A DNA stretch of 64,000 nt, taken from contig CAXXYH010000004.1 in assembly GCA_963677925.2 (NCBI GenBank), positions 1,952,001 through 2,016,000 of the forward strand. The letters are read 5' to 3'. Origin of the DNA: Spirochaetia bacterium (GTDB taxonomy: Bacteria; Spirochaetota; Spirochaetia; UBA9216). Both the position numbers and the translations under genes were made by a program. Of the stretch, positions 29,237-38,135 are shown one piece after another. The notes under the pieces were generated by a model that worked only from the letters and a program-made list of their open reading frames with translations, was not told the DNA's origin and ran no database searches. Position 1 is the stretch's first letter; each line of letters starts with the position of its first letter.

Positions 29237-30757
29237 TTGATGGACAACAAGAGAATAATGATACTCGGCGGCGGAATTATGCAGATTCCTGCTATAAAAT
29301 CAGCCTCAGAAATGGGCTTCCGCGTTCATGTAACAGATATAAATACCGAGGCTCCGGGTATAAAGTATGCTGACACCTTCGCTAAAGTTGATTTGAAGGA
29401 TCGTGATGCAATAGCAGAAGAAGCTCTCCGGCTTAAAAATGACGGCGGTCTCTCTGCTGTGTTCACTGCAGGAACCGATTTTTCCGCATCAGTGGCTCTT
29501 GCCGCTGAAAAGACTCAACTTGCCGGTACCGGATACGAAGTAGCCTGCAGGGCAAGCAACAAGGCTTTGATGCGTCAGACCTTTTATGATGCCGGAGTTC
29601 CGTCTCCCCAGTTCCGGTCGGTGAAGGATATTGAAACTGCCAAAGAAGCTGTAAAACAAATTGGAGTGCCGCTTGTTTTTAAACCCGTTGACAGCATGGG
29701 GGCGAGGGGCGTTGTTAAAATAACCGATGCTGATGATATAAAGGCTCTGAAAACAGCATTTGAAAATGCTGTTTCATCCTCCCTCTCCGGAGAAGTTATA
29801 ATAGAAGAATATATGGATGGGCCTGAATTCAGTCTTGATGCCCTTGTTTATGATGGAGAGATTACAATCTGCGGTTTTGCCGATCGTCATATCTTTTTCC
29901 CTCCATTTTTTATTGAGATGGGGCATACAATTCCCAGTCTCTGTCAGGATGATGTGTACAGGAATGTAACTGATGTTTTTAAAGCCGGAATAAAAGCTCT
30001 CGGAATAACAAATGGAGCCGCCAAGGGTGATATCAAGTATTCTTCAAAAAAGGGTGCCATGGTCGGAGAGATCGCAAACAGACTGTCAGGCGGATTCATG
30101 TCAGGCTGGACATTTCCATATTCCAGCGGAATAAATTTAACGGCGGCAGCTATTCGAATTGCAGCCGGTGAGGCCCCTGGAAACCTTGAGCCTCTGTATA
30201 AACGAGTTTCTGCAGAACGGGCAGCTGTATCTATACCGGGTGTTATTGCCTCTATAGAGGGCGAGCAGGAGGCTCTTTCCGTTGAAGGTATTGAGAACGT
30301 ATTTATCGCGAGGAGTCTGGGTGAGCGGGTCATTTTCCCCATGAACAATGTACAGAAATGTGCAAATTGTATTTCCTGTCTTGAGAATTATGATGCGGCT
30401 GTTCAGGCTGCTGAAACAGCGGTAAGGAAACTTTTTTTCAGGCTCGAGCCGGGTGATGAGGACACCCGTGACTTTATCTACGGCAGCAGCTGGTCCTGGG
30501 TACCTGATGCTTTTACTATAACAGATGAAAAAAATCTGAGAACACTCAAGCAGTCTGGAATGCCTGATTTGAGTTTGGAAACCTGCTGTGACTGGCATGG
30601 GAACAATGTCGGTGAGGCCTTTTCAAAACTAAAAATAATATGTAGTCCATCTGATGATGAACTTGACACTGATTTCTGGCGCTGTTTTCTGCGCGGCGGG
30701 ATTCAGGGCGGTGTCTGGGCTATCGATACAAAGCGTGATATAGTCAGAAACAGATGA
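29237..30757 (+). CDS. ATP-grasp domain protein
   Basis: ILGGG..Q, NKA.MR, KPVD.MGARGV, IEEY.DGPEFS, EIA.RLSG. Confidence 0.88.
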   Translation: MMDNKRIMILGGGIMQIPAIKSASEMGFRVHVTDINTEAPGIKYADTFAKVDLKDRDAIAEEALRLKNDGGLSAVFTAGTDFSASVALAAEKTQLAGTGYEVACRASNKALMRQTFYDAGVPSPQFRSVKDIETAKEAVKQIGVPLVFKPVDSMGARGVVKITDADDIKALKTAFENAVSSSLSGEVIIEEYMDGPEFSLDALVYDGEITICGFADRHIFFPPFFIEMGHTIPSLCQDDVYRNVTDVFKAGIKALGITNGAAKGDIKYSSKKGAMVGEIANRLSGGFMSGWTFPYSSGINLTAAAIRIAAGEAPGNLEPLYKRVSAERAAVSIPGVIASIEGEQEALSVEGIENVFIARSLGERVIFPMNNVQKCANCISCLENYDAAVQAAETAVRKLFFRLEPGDEDTRDFIYGSSWSWVPDAFTITDEKNLRTLKQSGMPDLSLETCCDWHGNNVGEAFSKLKIICSPSDDELDTDFWRCFLRGGIQGGVWAIDTKRDIVRNR

Positions 30758-31800
30758 AATTCAACAGGTTTGCGTTCCTTCTATTTATAGCAGTTATCAC
30801 AGCAGCCTCAGGTCCGCTTTATGCAGAGGATAATACTGAAACAGGCATTGTCAGTCTTGCTGAAGAAACAGGTGCGAAATTAAAATTTGACTACTGGAAG
30901 GGCGTCTGGGAGCTTCAGAAGGGTACAGCTTCCGTCCGTGTTTCCGCCGGATCACCTTTTCTGCTTCTTGATTATGAATACCTGTATTATCCGGTAAGCA
31001 GCCGCAATGCTGAAAATGGTGAGCTTCTATTGGACAGTGCCTCAGCACAGCGTATTCGGGATTTTTTTGCATCCTACAGGGAACCCTCAGGCAGGGTCGC
31101 CTGCATTGTCCTGGATCCCGGACACGGAGGAAAAGACCCGGGCGCAATAGGTTATTATGAGGGGCCTGAAGGGAAGATGCGGGTAAATGAAAAGGATGTG
31201 GTTCTTGATATTGCTCTGCAGACAGCGGCTATGCTGAAGCAAAGATTTCCTGAAATAAAAGTTCTGTTGACCAGGGATTACGACTGGTATCCAACTCTTG
31301 AGGAACGGACTGATTTTGCAAACAGCATCGAGTTAAAGGAAAATGATACGATGATCTTCGTGTCACTGCATGCTAATGCTTCATTTAATCCGACTGCTAA
31401 GGGTTTTGAAGTCTGGTATCTGCCTCCCGAGTATAGAAGGGACCTTATTGATCCTGAGATGTTCTCTGATGTGGATGAGGATGTTCTGCCCATTCTGAAC
31501 ACTATGCTCGAGGAAGAACTTACAGTTGAGAGTGTAATTCTTGGAGAAAAACTTCTCAAATCTCTGGATGCTCAAATAGGCAGCCTTACTGAAAACCGCG
31601 GTCCAAAAGAGGAATCCTGGTTTGTGGTCAGAAATGCCAGGATGCCCTCTGTGCTTATAGAGACCGGATTCGTAACAAATCCTGAAGAAGCGGAACTATT
31701 ATCTACAGCAGCTTACTTGAAGAAATTGAGTAAGGGTATTTATAATGGTATAACTGATTTTATTACTGATTTTGAGAATAACCGACGGGGGATCGAGTGA
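30754..31800 (+). CDS. N-acetylmuramoyl-L-alanine amidase (Amidase_3)
   Basis: LDPGHGGKDPGA, EKD..L, SLHANA, MPSVLIETGF. Confidence 0.95.
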   Translation: MKFNRFAFLLFIAVITAASGPLYAEDNTETGIVSLAEETGAKLKFDYWKGVWELQKGTASVRVSAGSPFLLLDYEYLYYPVSSRNAENGELLLDSASAQRIRDFFASYREPSGRVACIVLDPGHGGKDPGAIGYYEGPEGKMRVNEKDVVLDIALQTAAMLKQRFPEIKVLLTRDYDWYPTLEERTDFANSIELKENDTMIFVSLHANASFNPTAKGFEVWYLPPEYRRDLIDPEMFSDVDEDVLPILNTMLEEELTVESVILGEKLLKSLDAQIGSLTENRGPKEESWFVVRNARMPSVLIETGFVTNPEEAELLSTAAYLKKLSKGIYNGITDFITDFENNRRGIE

Positions 31801-32264
31801 ATTTTAGAGTATTTAGGCTATCGAAAAAAAATCTCATTTCTTTAGCTGTTTTTTTAGTTTTTTTTCTTATCTCGCTTGTTTTTATACTTGTTGATGCCGA
31901 CAGAAGGATAGAGAGGGTTCTTTTTTTTCCGGATGAAGGCGGAATCAATGTTAGCGGAGAACTCCGGAGACTGCCTGTCAGGGACAGTCTTGAAGGGAAT
32001 GTCGAACTGTATATCGATGAACTGATATTAGGTCCGAATAATATCGATCGTTATCGGTTATTCCCTGTAGGAGTCAAGCTGGACAGCCTTATCATTGATA
32101 AGGATACGCTTTATGCCGGTTTTACCGAGAACCTGATCACTACGGCGGAGACGGTGCCGATGAGTTTTCAGGGAATTACTGATACCGTTAAAAAGGCCGT
32201 GGTTTTTAATTTTCCAGAATTGAAGGAGGTAAAAATAGCGGTAGGCGGTGAACCAATAGAGTAG
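31797..32264 (+). CDS. GerMN-domain protein
   Basis: N-terminal TM, LFFP, E.R.LP, ELI.GP, FP..V..V.I; typical position after the amidase. Confidence 0.7.
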   Translation: MNFRVFRLSKKNLISLAVFLVFFLISLVFILVDADRRIERVLFFPDEGGINVSGELRRLPVRDSLEGNVELYIDELILGPNNIDRYRLFPVGVKLDSLIIDKDTLYAGFTENLITTAETVPMSFQGITDTVKKAVVFNFPELKEVKIAVGGEPIE

Positions 32265-32281
32265 GTATGTAAGCGCTTGTG

Positions 32282-32327
32282 CAAAAAAAATAAAAATCGT
32301 TGACAAACGGCTTACAGTTCGTATAAT
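32282..32327 (+). promoter_or_regulatory. Strong sigma70 promoter of flaA with upstream A-tract
   Basis: TTGACA(32300-32305)-N16-TATAAT(32322-32327), preceded by AAAAAAAATAAAAA; AAGGAG RBS downstream. Confidence 0.85.
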
Positions 32328-32367
32328 TTTAAATGACAAAGCAATTAATATGATAAGGAGCAATTAG

Positions 32368-33327
32368 ATGAAACGTTTCGTAATTCTTCTAAGTATAGCG
32401 TTGATAATCGCAGCTTTTCCTGTTTTCGCCGAAGAAACAGTGCTTATAGATTTTGCACAGCTGGCCGGAGACATGGAAGATGGTGAAAATGAAGCTACTT
32501 TTATGAATTTCTCAGACAAGGCAGGCGCTGCTTTTACTGAGGAAGAAAAAGAATTCATGAAGACTTCTCTTGCTATTCAGAACTGGGAAGTTGAGCTTGC
32601 TTCATCAGCAAAAACAGTAACTAACCAGAGATTTTCATATGTACTTCCTGCACCTGTTAAAGACGGTGCAACAAGATACGGCGGAGAGACCGTTCTTGGT
32701 GTAAGAATACATTTTCCGGAAGAACCCTATAACTCATGGGCAATTGTTAGACCTCCATTCGACATTCCTGCTTACGAAAGAGTAGACGAGAATGACCTTG
32801 TAGGCGTTAAATACGACAGCTTTGGTGTTGTAAAGAACGTTGGTGTTCTTAAGAGTGTTACAGTTAACATTCTTGGTAAGAACTTTCCTAACGGTTTTGG
32901 AATCATCCTTGAAGATCAGAACTACGAGGAAAAGAACATTTTCATGAGTTTTCTTGATTTTGACGGATGGAAAACCATTACATGGAATAACCCCAACTAC
33001 ATTGAGGATGTAAGAGACAGAGAACTCAGAAAAGTACCTCTGTATCCTAATGCAACTCCTCTCTACAAGATTGCCGGTATAGTATTCTATAAAGATGCTG
33101 CACAGACCGGCGGTGACTTTATCAGCTATGTTAAAGATGTAACTCTAACATACGATAAAGCCTTTCTTAATCTTCAGACTGACATTGATGATGAACAGCT
33201 CTGGGGAATTCTTGGAGACAGAGAAGAAGCCAGAAGGAATCTTGAGTATGAAAGACTTGGTAACAAACAGGTTCTCAGATATCTTGAAAGGCAGAAAATG
33301 CATTCTGATGTAGAGACAGAAGAATAA
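32368..33327 (+). CDS. flaA: Flagellar filament outer layer (sheath) protein FlaA
   Basis: Signal peptide, LIDF..L, NWEVELASS, LGVRIHFP, NVG..KS, L.FDGW..I.W.NPNY, PLYP. Confidence 0.93.
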   Translation: MKRFVILLSIALIIAAFPVFAEETVLIDFAQLAGDMEDGENEATFMNFSDKAGAAFTEEEKEFMKTSLAIQNWEVELASSAKTVTNQRFSYVLPAPVKDGATRYGGETVLGVRIHFPEEPYNSWAIVRPPFDIPAYERVDENDLVGVKYDSFGVVKNVGVLKSVTVNILGKNFPNGFGIILEDQNYEEKNIFMSFLDFDGWKTITWNNPNYIEDVRDRELRKVPLYPNATPLYKIAGIVFYKDAAQTGGDFISYVKDVTLTYDKAFLNLQTDIDDEQLWGILGDREEARRNLEYERLGNKQVLRYLERQKMHSDVETEE

Positions 33328-33343
33328 GAAACAGTTAATATAC

Positions 33344-33369
33344 GGGACTGTCTAAGACAGTCCCTTTTT
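33344..33369 (+). terminator. Rho-independent terminator of flaA
   Basis: GGGACTGTC-TAA-GACAGTCCC-TTTTT. Confidence 0.9.
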
Positions 33370-33492
33370 ACTTCAAATAAATGCCTATCGTTTGATCTAT
33401 ATATACCGTTTCTTATTATCTGCATATTGATAAAGAGGCTGACTGAGTTCACTTAGTCAGCCTTAATTTTTATCTGAACAATTACTTTAAGC

Positions 33493-33528
33493 AAAAAAAA
33501 CCAAAGCCTTCTCAAAGCTTTGGTTTTT
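33493..33528 (-). terminator. Terminator (bidirectional-type) for the minus-strand beta-barrel genes
   Basis: AAAAACCAAAGC-N9-GCTTTGGTTTTT with A8 flank. Confidence 0.75.
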
Positions 33529-33557
33529 GAAATGCCATATATAACCGGGGCAGTTAA

Positions 33558-34448
33558 TCAGTTGTTAATGTTTTCAAGATCCAGTGAGAAGCCGATTGTT
33601 GCATTAAACAGATAATTTCCGGGAAACTCGCTTGCAAAACTCAGCAGTTCTGAAGTGTCTGCAGTCGAATCGTCTATGCTTCCAAAAGAGTATAGACTGC
33701 TTTCAAGTCCGATAAAAATACCGAGAAATTCGGCCGGCCGTATTGATACATCAGTACCTAGTACTACCGAATTAAGGCTCTGTGATTCTGTTGATTCAAT
33801 TACTCTTACCTTGTTCTGATAACCCAGCTTTAGTTTCATTGTATACGGTACGTTTTTCTGAAAAAGATCAGCAATAAATGCATACTCGGTGAAGTCTTCG
33901 GAAAGACTGCCGTAGGTCTCGTCTATGACATTATAGCTCTTTGTATCTATCTGCAGTGTGCAGATCGCATTATATACATAAAAACCCACACCAAGGCGGT
34001 TTGCCTCCTGTATATAGTCACCGGTAGAAACCAGACGACCTCCGATAGTACTCTGTGTTTCAAATTCTGCAAATGCAATTCCGGGTATGTTGATTTTAAC
34101 AGAAGTACTGATCCCGGATTTAATCAAAGTTTCAGCTGTGTTGAAAATACCGAAAAAAGGTCCGACACTTATACTGAAGAGGTCTTCGTTATAATAGAAA
34201 TTGGTGTATCCGATGTTTCTTATTATTGGATCCCGGTAAAAACCAACTTCCAGACCGGAGTTGTCGCTGGCTTCTCTTTTCCAGTACAGTGAGCCTCCCC
34301 ATGGGAATTCCGTACCTGGAAATTCTGTGCTTGTCATAGGTTCGGCTGTCAGATTATTGTTTCCAATTGTGAAAGTGCCGCCTGTTTCTGTTGCATAAAC
34401 TGAGGCCGATACAAGGATAAGTATCAGACCTGCAAAAACTCTTTTCAT
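33558..34448 (-). CDS. Hypothetical exported protein, probable outer-membrane beta-barrel
   Basis: Signal peptide; Gly/aromatic alternating strands (LEVGFY, ISVGPF, LGVGFY, ATIGFSL). Confidence 0.65.
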   Translation of the reverse strand: MKRVFAGLILILVSASVYATETGGTFTIGNNNLTAEPMTSTEFPGTEFPWGGSLYWKREASDNSGLEVGFYRDPIIRNIGYTNFYYNEDLFSISVGPFFGIFNTAETLIKSGISTSVKINIPGIAFAEFETQSTIGGRLVSTGDYIQEANRLGVGFYVYNAICTLQIDTKSYNVIDETYGSLSEDFTEYAFIADLFQKNVPYTMKLKLGYQNKVRVIESTESQSLNSVVLGTDVSIRPAEFLGIFIGLESSLYSFGSIDDSTADTSELLSFASEFPGNYLFNATIGFSLDLENINN

Positions 34449-34451
34449 AGA

Positions 34452-35546
34452 TTAAAACCCCGCTTTAACTCCAATGTAGCCTTCAAACATTGAAGACAAA
34501 TCAAATGGAAGTACTGTAGCATTTAATTTAAAATTCCAGATTACACCTGAAGTTACTGCACTGAAATAAGGAGATACTATTGTTTCAAACTGATCTTCAG
34601 ATGCCTGTGCATTATATGACAGTTGGGATGAGATACCTCCGCTTACCGGTGATTCTTCAAGATCTCCTACTGAAAAATCAACCAGAAGATCTATAGAACC
34701 TTCCTCATTTGTTGATGTATGTTTGTAGTAGGCAGGATGCCAGAAAAAGGAAAGGTTGAATCCAAAGATACCGAATCTGAGCCGCGGCTCAAAAAGGAAG
34801 TAGAACAGGTCAATTCCGAGGCTTTCATCAACAGGGGTCCACTCAGGAATACCTACCTGGGCATAAAAACTGCCTGTCTCACTTGCTTTAAAATAGAGCA
34901 GGAGTCCGCCTCTGTATGTACCTGCAGTTCCTGATGGAAAAGTGACACCTGCAAAGGTCTCAAGCTTCAGGTTGCCCAGATTAAATGCTGAACGTATGTC
35001 TGTACCGTAGTATCCATCGCCCATATAGGCATCCTGGTACAGATAGACTGCTGTATAATTCCAGTCTGAACCAAAGGTACTGCTGAAAGATATCCCTGTT
35101 CCGGCAACACTGTGAAGTCCGTTATATACTACACCGTCTCCAAAGGCCATAAAACCGCTTAGACGGGGTTCAATTATTCCGGTTCCAAACATCGTATGGA
35201 AAATATCTCCATTGCAGAAATCATCGATCGTTCCGGTATAGTATGAAGCTGAGAAGGGGAGTCCGAATATCTCGTTAAGCGATACCTCGGCAGCCCTGAA
35301 AACAAGAGGTGCTGAAGTGGTTATATCATCAAAGACTTCGTCATCTATTCCGAATTTCAATTTCCCGCCGAATTTATAGCCGCCGTCAATCGCCATTTCA
35401 AGTGATCCTCTGGTCTGAACCAGCAGTGAGCCTTCTTCGCCATACAGTCGTGAAACAAGCTCCAGTTCCGGAATACTGATGTCTGCAGAGAATAAAGCAG
35501 ATGGGAAAAGTAATGAAATTAAAACCGGAATCAGATATTTTTTCAT
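34452..35546 (-). CDS. Hypothetical exported protein, probable outer-membrane beta-barrel
   Basis: Signal peptide; amphipathic strands; C-terminal GYIGVKAGF with terminal Phe. Confidence 0.7.
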   Translation of the reverse strand: MKKYLIPVLISLLFPSALFSADISIPELELVSRLYGEEGSLLVQTRGSLEMAIDGGYKFGGKLKFGIDDEVFDDITTSAPLVFRAAEVSLNEIFGLPFSASYYTGTIDDFCNGDIFHTMFGTGIIEPRLSGFMAFGDGVVYNGLHSVAGTGISFSSTFGSDWNYTAVYLYQDAYMGDGYYGTDIRSAFNLGNLKLETFAGVTFPSGTAGTYRGGLLLYFKASETGSFYAQVGIPEWTPVDESLGIDLFYFLFEPRLRFGIFGFNLSFFWHPAYYKHTSTNEEGSIDLLVDFSVGDLEESPVSGGISSQLSYNAQASEDQFETIVSPYFSAVTSGVIWNFKLNATVLPFDLSSMFEGYIGVKAGF

Positions 35547-35686
35547 TTGAAGAAGCTCCTGTAAAAAAATGGCACCTTAATAATACTATACTATGTATAT
35601 CGAAGGTTTTCATACAGAAATTGAGCTTTTAGAGGAAAGAATGGAAGGCTCAGTAATACCTTTTTTCCTCTAGTAAGAAAAAAGTC

Positions 35687-35714
35687 TTGACTTAACACAG
35701 CTTATGGATATCAT
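35687..35714 (+). promoter_or_regulatory. sigma70-like promoter of cheAWXY
   Basis: TTGACT-N16-TATCAT, 10 nt before ATG 35725. Confidence 0.55.
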
Positions 35715-35724
35715 TAATGTTGAG

Positions 35725-38124
35725 ATGAGTGATTACCTAGATCCCAATAACGAAGAGTTATTAAAGGACTTTTTTCTCGAGGCCGAGCTTCAGGTGGAGA
35801 CTTTTGAGCAGAATATCCTTGTACTGGAGAATGAACTCCAGAATAAGGACGCTGTTGATGAGATCTTCAGAGCAGCGCATACGCTTAAAGGGGCTGCAGG
35901 AACAGTTCAGATGGATGAACTTGCGCACTTTACACATTTGTGTGAAGATGCCCTCGATGAAATAAGAGCAGGAAAACTGGATGTTACACCCGAGGTTGTT
36001 GATACGATGCTCGAGGCTATCGACATTATCAAAGCTATGCTTGAGGAACGGGCAAATGGAAATGTCTATAGTGAAGATACTTCCGAGATTTCGTCCAGGC
36101 TGGAGAGTTATATAGGCGGTTCCTCAGAACCGGCTCCTGCAGCAAAGAAAAAAGCCCCCTCTAAAACCGCCTCAAAAAAGAAGCCTGCTGAAAAAAAAGC
36201 TTCTTCGGACGACGGAAGTCTTACTGAATACGAGCTTCTGGAATTGAAGGAAGAGTGTGAAGCGGGTGAAAACCTTGTTTTTGCTCATATAATATTCAAC
36301 GAAGACAATCCGATGAATACTGTCGGAGGTATTCAGGTATATGCTGCTTTAAATAAGAACGGAAGGGTTTTAAGGTCAAAGCCTGATTTTGATGCCCTCT
36401 ATGAGGATGTATTTCATCCAGAAGCAGATTTTTACCTTGCAACGACCCTGTCTGTTGATGAACTTTCAAAGAAAATTGAAATTCCGGATGTAATCAAGGA
36501 TTCTGAGATAAAAATGATTTTCGAAGATAGCGAAGCCTCCGGAACAGATTCTGCTGATGAATCTGATGAAATGGAGTCAGCAGATATCGAGTCTATTGAT
36601 GAGCCTGTCAACGAGGAAGCTCCGGTTCCGGTTCCACAGGCTGTAAAATCAGCCGAGTCAGCCGAGTCAGACGAGGCTGCCGAAACAGTTACTGAAAGCA
36701 AGGCTGAAAAAGAACTCAAAAAGACGGCTAAAAACAGCGGATCTATTCTGAGAGTCGACTCACGACGAATTGACAACCTCCTTAACCTTGTTTCCGAGAC
36801 TGTTATTACGAAGGCCTCTTTCAATCAGATCAATGCACAGTTTTCTGAGGGGCTTCTTGAATTTCAGGGCTGTCAGTCTGAGTTCCGGGAAAAGCTTAAA
36901 GATCTCTTTGACCGTCTTCCTGATTATCTCCTTGAAATTCAGGGCGGTTCAGATATTAAAACCATACGTAATGAAATAACAGAACGCTATTCCGGTCTGT
37001 TTAGTGTATTTGATTCGCCTGAATCAAGATTCAAAGCAACAGTAGCTAAATTTCAGAACACCTCCCAGAGCCTTGCACGTACCACCAGCGAGCTTCAGGA
37101 AGGGGTAATGCAGATAAGGATGGTTCCCATATCTCAGATTTTTTCACGTTTTCCGCGTCTGGTCAGAGACCTTTCAAGATCCTGTTCCAAAGACATTAAA
37201 CTGATGATTGAAGGTGAGGATACTGAACTTGATAAATCCGTAATAGATGATCTGCTCGATCCGCTCATTCATTGTGTGCGAAACTCTGTTGATCACGGGA
37301 TAGAAACTCCTGCCGAAAGGAAAGAAGCCGGAAAACCGGAAGAGGGTACTATTCTTCTGAAAGCCAGAAATGAAGGCAATATGATAGTTATTGAGATTTC
37401 CGATGACGGAAAGGGCATCGATGTTGAAAGTGTTAGGCAGAAGGCAATCGATCGCGGGCTCATACATCCTTCAAAGAAGCTGTCAGATGTTGAAGCATTC
37501 AATCTGATATTTGAACCCGGATTCTCTACTGCAAAAGCTATAACGAATATTTCAGGCCGCGGTGTCGGGCTTGATGTAGTACGAAAGCAGATTGAAAAAC
37601 TTAACGGAAATGTCAGTGTTTATTCTGAAAAGGGCAGCGGAACAAGCTTTACTGTAAAACTTCCGCTTACCCTGGCTATCATACAGGGTCTGCTTGTTCG
37701 TGTGGGCACTGAAATATACGCCATTCCGATTACTTCAGTTATAGACAGTCATAGAATTAAACCTGAAGAAATAAAGATGATTGATAATTACGAGGTCTTC
37801 AATGTTCGTCAGGATGTTGTTTCTCTTGTCCGTTTGAACCGGCTCTTTAGAATACCTTCCGATGAAGTCCGTGAATATCATTTTGTTGTCATAGTCGGAA
37901 GCGGAGACAAGCGGATGGGGCTCATGGTCGATTCTCTGATCGGAGAAGAAGATGTCGTTATTAAACCATTAAGAGATAAATATACAAATTCACCGGGTAT
38001 TGCCGGTGCTACCATCCTTGGAGATGGTACAGTTTCCCTCATCATTGATGTAAGTCAGCTGCTTGATTTAGGGCTCAGACGTGAAAAAGAAGAGCGAATG
38101 ATGAGAGAAGCCACTATAGGTTGA
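35725..38124 (+). CDS. cheA: Chemotaxis histidine kinase CheA
   Basis: IFRAAHTLKG (Hpt), LRVD, RMVP, H..RN..DHG, DDGKG, GRGVGLDVV, CheW-like P5; start re-called to MSDYLD. Confidence 0.97.
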   Translation: MSDYLDPNNEELLKDFFLEAELQVETFEQNILVLENELQNKDAVDEIFRAAHTLKGAAGTVQMDELAHFTHLCEDALDEIRAGKLDVTPEVVDTMLEAIDIIKAMLEERANGNVYSEDTSEISSRLESYIGGSSEPAPAAKKKAPSKTASKKKPAEKKASSDDGSLTEYELLELKEECEAGENLVFAHIIFNEDNPMNTVGGIQVYAALNKNGRVLRSKPDFDALYEDVFHPEADFYLATTLSVDELSKKIEIPDVIKDSEIKMIFEDSEASGTDSADESDEMESADIESIDEPVNEEAPVPVPQAVKSAESAESDEAAETVTESKAEKELKKTAKNSGSILRVDSRRIDNLLNLVSETVITKASFNQINAQFSEGLLEFQGCQSEFREKLKDLFDRLPDYLLEIQGGSDIKTIRNEITERYSGLFSVFDSPESRFKATVAKFQNTSQSLARTTSELQEGVMQIRMVPISQIFSRFPRLVRDLSRSCSKDIKLMIEGEDTELDKSVIDDLLDPLIHCVRNSVDHGIETPAERKEAGKPEEGTILLKARNEGNMIVIEISDDGKGIDVESVRQKAIDRGLIHPSKKLSDVEAFNLIFEPGFSTAKAITNISGRGVGLDVVRKQIEKLNGNVSVYSEKGSGTSFTVKLPLTLAIIQGLLVRVGTEIYAIPITSVIDSHRIKPEEIKMIDNYEVFNVRQDVVSLVRLNRLFRIPSDEVREYHFVVIVGSGDKRMGLMVDSLIGEEDVVIKPLRDKYTNSPGIAGATILGDGTVSLIIDVSQLLDLGLRREKEERMMREATIG

Positions 38125-38135
38125 GAAGGAGTAAT

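Noticed and set aside
36649-36675. 9-bp tandem repeat (TCAGCCGAG x2, then TCAGACGAG) in cheA
   Set aside because: In-frame low-complexity linker (SAESAESDE); no sign of phase variation.
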